Source: a plasmid. Taken from it: 64,000 nucleotides of DNA. Below the pieces are notes generated by a model. It made no database searches and was not told where the DNA came from. It worked only from the letters and a program-made list of their open reading frames with translations. This document shows, in pieces, positions 60,897 through 64,000 of the stretch. The stretch is taken from the sequence record NZ_CP145666.1; one strand, given 5' to 3'. Made by a program: the position numbers and the translations under genes. Within the stretch, counting starts at the first letter, position 1. Each line of letters starts with the position of its first letter.

Positions 60897-61008
60897 ATGG
60901 TCGAGTCTAAGTGCGATTTATACACCTCAAAACGCCCCCATTCTCGATTCAAGAATTATTGATTTACAAGTAATATCAGAAATATTTAGTTCACTCTAAG
61001 GCAAGTGA

Positions 61009-62199
61009 ATGAAGAAGAAATTACCGTCATGGTCACCAGCTGAAGATCTGAAGCTTATAAAAGGGCTTAAGGATGGTTACTCATTTGCAGCGCTTACGTC
61101 CATTCTTGGATACAATGAAAGGATAATCCAGTTAAGATGTATCGAGTTGGATTTATACCTTCTCATAAGAGAAAATCTCTCCGAGCCTAACGAAATTACC
61201 CTCAAGCCTAACTCTTCAATCAGAGTGCCACCGGCTGAACCAGCTTCAGGTATAACTCTTAAAACCCTGCTAGATAATGGATGGGTAGCACACTGCATAA
61301 ATGGTGAAAATGTTCTGTACTCTCCAGAATGGTGGCGAACAAGAAACACAAGCCTGTTAGTACCCGAAGATGAGGATACTGATCAGCTACATAAGAAAAC
61401 ATCTTCACACCTCATTACCGGTAAACCGTGGACTCCTGACGATACTCGGGTCTTACTTAAGGCGATACAACATGGTATCAGTAAAACGGCACTTGCCGAG
61501 CTTACCTTAAGAAGCCATCAATCCACTCTTCAGCAACTTATAGAGCTTGGAATGATTACCGTGGGCGCTGAAGACGATTCATCTAGTACGGTTATATGGT
61601 TAAATAAAAAAATAAGTTCTGCGAAATTATCAAAAAAACGTTTTCTTGATGTCCTGCCACTAATCGAATTCGGCTGGCACATTGATGGATTCGACCTTAC
61701 CGCCCCAGATTGGTGGAGCAAGCATATAGTGCTTAATGAAATTATCTATGAAACCGTACCAGATAAAACCATTTCAAATTACCCGGCCAGAACTGACATT
61801 GATTGTGATAGTGAAAAACCACAACAAATTAAGGAAAGATCAGTGCCTGAACGGAACCAAAGAGAACCACAAAAACCAGCCAAATGGGTATGTGGAAACT
61901 ATAAGTTTTTAATTACACTTCTATCTGAGCATCGTTCAATAGAAGTGATTGCCAAGAAAATGAATAGGACAGATGGCGCGATTAGGTCACGTCTACAGCA
62001 TATCGGTATAACGCGTTACGAGAAACCAACAAAACCTGGTGAAAAAGGAAGTGTCATTAAAGCTACATCAATTTCTACAGATATCTTCAGAAACCAGCCA
62101 TTTTTTGTGAAGAGATTACTCATAGATGCCGGATGGTCTGAAAAAAACAATGAATTGCATTGCCCGGTCTGGTGGAGCAATTATCCACACAACGTTTAA
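61009..62199 (+). CDS. hypothetical protein with three repeated HTH/SANT-like modules
   Basis: Repeats WSPAEDLKLIKGLKDGYSFAALTSILG / WTPDDTRVLLKAIQHGISKTALAELT / YKFLITLLSEHRSIEVIAKKMNRTDGAIRSRL. Confidence 0.35.
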   Translation: MKKKLPSWSPAEDLKLIKGLKDGYSFAALTSILGYNERIIQLRCIELDLYLLIRENLSEPNEITLKPNSSIRVPPAEPASGITLKTLLDNGWVAHCINGENVLYSPEWWRTRNTSLLVPEDEDTDQLHKKTSSHLITGKPWTPDDTRVLLKAIQHGISKTALAELTLRSHQSTLQQLIELGMITVGAEDDSSSTVIWLNKKISSAKLSKKRFLDVLPLIEFGWHIDGFDLTAPDWWSKHIVLNEIIYETVPDKTISNYPARTDIDCDSEKPQQIKERSVPERNQREPQKPAKWVCGNYKFLITLLSEHRSIEVIAKKMNRTDGAIRSRLQHIGITRYEKPTKPGEKGSVIKATSISTDIFRNQPFFVKRLLIDAGWSEKNNELHCPVWWSNYPHNV

Positions 62200-62234
62200 C
62201 GGGCTTAGTCACGAACTCTACCCTGGAGAACTAT

Positions 62235-62423
62235 ATGTTTGATTATTTTAACAGACCATTTGACACTTTCGACTGGGCGCTGATTATAGGATGCGGAATC
62301 CTTTTTGTCGGGCACTTTATCTGGAAAATCTTCTTCAGCGATGAAGGCCGTAGGAAAATTGATAATGAAGCGCCGCCTCCAATCATGACTCAGAAAGTAG
62401 ATGATGAAACGGATGGTAAATAA
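62235..62423 (+). CDS. small membrane protein
   Basis: One TM helix. Confidence 0.25.
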   Translation: MFDYFNRPFDTFDWALIIGCGILFVGHFIWKIFFSDEGRRKIDNEAPPPIMTQKVDDETDGK

Positions 62424-62436
62424 GCACACAAAAATA

Positions 62437-62462
62437 AAACGCCCTTAAGGGCGTTTTATTTT
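62437..62462. terminator. bidirectional rho-independent terminator
   Basis: AACGCCCTTAAGGGCGTT followed by TTATTTTATTT. Confidence 0.55.
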
Positions 62463-63435
62463 ATTTCGACAGATATTTAATATTAGACTCTATCAAATAA
62501 GTAAGCCTACGGCCATTTCTAACCGTCAGCAGTATAATCACCACAAAAATTACGGCAAGTATAAAAAATATTAGAGCAGTACTTTTTATAATATATTTAA
62601 TATAATTGGATTTAAGATCATTTCCCGACTTCCAAGCAGAAAGAGGATTTGAAGCAAGCGCACCAGACTTGTAACCAATGTCATAAATATGGTAATCAAT
62701 AGCTTTATAAAGTTGTGAATCAAACAGTGTGTTTTTGTCTTTGACACTATCCTCTTTATATTCAGGCATTAACAAAACCAAGTTTCCAAGATGATTTTTA
62801 TAATTGCTATCAGATACTTTTTCAGCAGTAATTATTACACCTCTGAGTAACAGGCCATCGATATCTCCCAGTTTTTTTGCAGTAGCTGGTTTAGGATCTG
62901 CAAGTGCTTTTTCAACTGACTTTCTTAGTAAACTCCCTCTGTCTCCATAGATTTCATACAAAGAGTCCAAGTCTCCAGTTTTCATAGCAGTACTTATTTT
63001 GTCGGTATTGTATTTATAATTATGAGGCTCATCACCAAATGCAGCAATAAATAAATTAAACCCTACAAACAATACTATGCAACTTGTCATTATCTCAAGT
63101 TGTAAACCATTCCCATTAATAATTGCCCCTAGTATTACAATCAATATACATACACCCACACCAACTCTTCCATATATGGAAATAAATGATCCTATCGTAT
63201 CAAAAGCATTTTCAGGAACTAACTCATTGGAGCGTAGAATGTTGAATATATCGTCAGAAACCTGTTTGACTTGCTCATCTACTGGCATGTCTGATGGAAT
63301 ACAAAACCATAATATTAGAAATATAATAGCGAAGATTAGAGATATAGCTAAGGTAAAATATATAGCTCTATCACGCTTCCGTCTAATAGCATTCTCAACA
63401 TCATCATATGGATTACTTTGTCTGATTCTAGCCAT
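62461..63435 (-). CDS. polytopic membrane hypothetical protein
   Basis: Multiple TM helices. Start chosen at MARIRQS. Confidence 0.35.
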   Translation of the reverse strand: MARIRQSNPYDDVENAIRRKRDRAIYFTLAISLIFAIIFLILWFCIPSDMPVDEQVKQVSDDIFNILRSNELVPENAFDTIGSFISIYGRVGVGVCILIVILGAIINGNGLQLEIMTSCIVLFVGFNLFIAAFGDEPHNYKYNTDKISTAMKTGDLDSLYEIYGDRGSLLRKSVEKALADPKPATAKKLGDIDGLLLRGVIITAEKVSDSNYKNHLGNLVLLMPEYKEDSVKDKNTLFDSQLYKAIDYHIYDIGYKSGALASNPLSAWKSGNDLKSNYIKYIIKSTALIFFILAVIFVVIILLTVRNGRRLTYLIESNIKYLSK

Positions 63436-63458
63436 AGCACATCCTCTAAATTTAACTA

Positions 63459-63971
63459 TTATTTGGAAGACAGTTCTTTTGCTACCATAAAACGCTTCTC
63501 CTTCCATTGCGCTGCGCGAGCTTCAAGCTGGGTATGTTGCGTCTTGGCTCGGTCGTGGATTTTTTTAATTTCTCGACCGGCCTCATTGATCTGGTTTGAT
63601 ATGTAATCAATTGTCTCAACATCATATACAGTACGATTAGCTGTTTTGGCTACACGAATACTGCTCTCTTTTACTAACAAAGCTTGACGTCTGGCTTGTT
63701 GATTTACAGAATCACCAATTGCCTGAATCAGTAATGAGCTTTTATCACTCCTTTCGGCCTGGTCAATAATAAGATGGCTGCGTTTAGAAGATGGTATCGT
63801 TACTTTAATAATAGTTTCAAACTGGTCTACCATCGAGAGGTTATTGAACTTCATCATTTTCATCATCTTTAGGTCTTCAAATGCCTTTTGTTGTTCCGTG
63901 ATCATGTCATTTCGACGTTTTGTTATGAGGGCGATTTGATGTTCAATATTCATTGCTTCCATGCTCAGCAT
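63459..63971 (-). CDS. coiled-coil hypothetical protein
   Basis: ORF. Heptad-rich. Confidence 0.3.
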   Translation of the reverse strand: MLSMEAMNIEHQIALITKRRNDMITEQQKAFEDLKMMKMMKFNNLSMVDQFETIIKVTIPSSKRSHLIIDQAERSDKSSLLIQAIGDSVNQQARRQALLVKESSIRVAKTANRTVYDVETIDYISNQINEAGREIKKIHDRAKTQHTQLEARAAQWKEKRFMVAKELSSK

Positions 63972-64000
63972 GGTATTATCAGGCTGATTTTTTAGTTCCT

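Overview
Enterobacterial window (Klebsiella/Citrobacter-like) made of three blocks. Block 1 (1-33422) is accessory DNA with lower GC, resembling a plasmid or ICE leading region. It carries LexA-regulated umuDC, a Tus-family terminator-protein homolog, a solo Cas6e-like RAMP next to a strongly structured intergenic element, a Ner-like regulator, a GNAT, SSB, a DnaN-like sliding clamp, an orphan Dam methylase, RdgC, an HNH nuclease, a PAPS-reductase-family PP-loop protein, a large protein with a C-terminal NPPF N6-methyltransferase domain, many unknown ORFs, and an intact IS5 with a CTAG target duplication. Block 2 (33423-54021) is a high-GC, chromosome-type segment holding yqjI'(nfeR remnant)-yqjH(nfeF) and a complete glycerol/1,3-propanediol dha regulon: ATP-dependent dhaK, PTS-type dhaKLM, two diverged dhaD paralogs separated by abutting dhaR' and dhaK' fragments, dhaR, orfW, dhaG, dhaT, orfY, dhaB1/B2/B3, dhaF, glpF and hdeB. 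Its left edge is a junction inside yqjI. Its right edge is a 74-bp IS5 end remnant that supplies the hdeB start. Block 3 (54096-64000) is AT-rich and plasmid-like: ParM/ParR, an intact IS3-family IS with an AGT target duplication, and unknown genes. No tRNA, integrase, conjugation gene or CRISPR array was seen. The most unusual items are the orphan Cas6e homolog with its adjacent hairpin-rich RNA/ssDNA element, the Tus homolog with a Ter-like palindrome in its promoter, and the dha regulon lying between mobile or plasmid-like DNA with IS5 at both sides.
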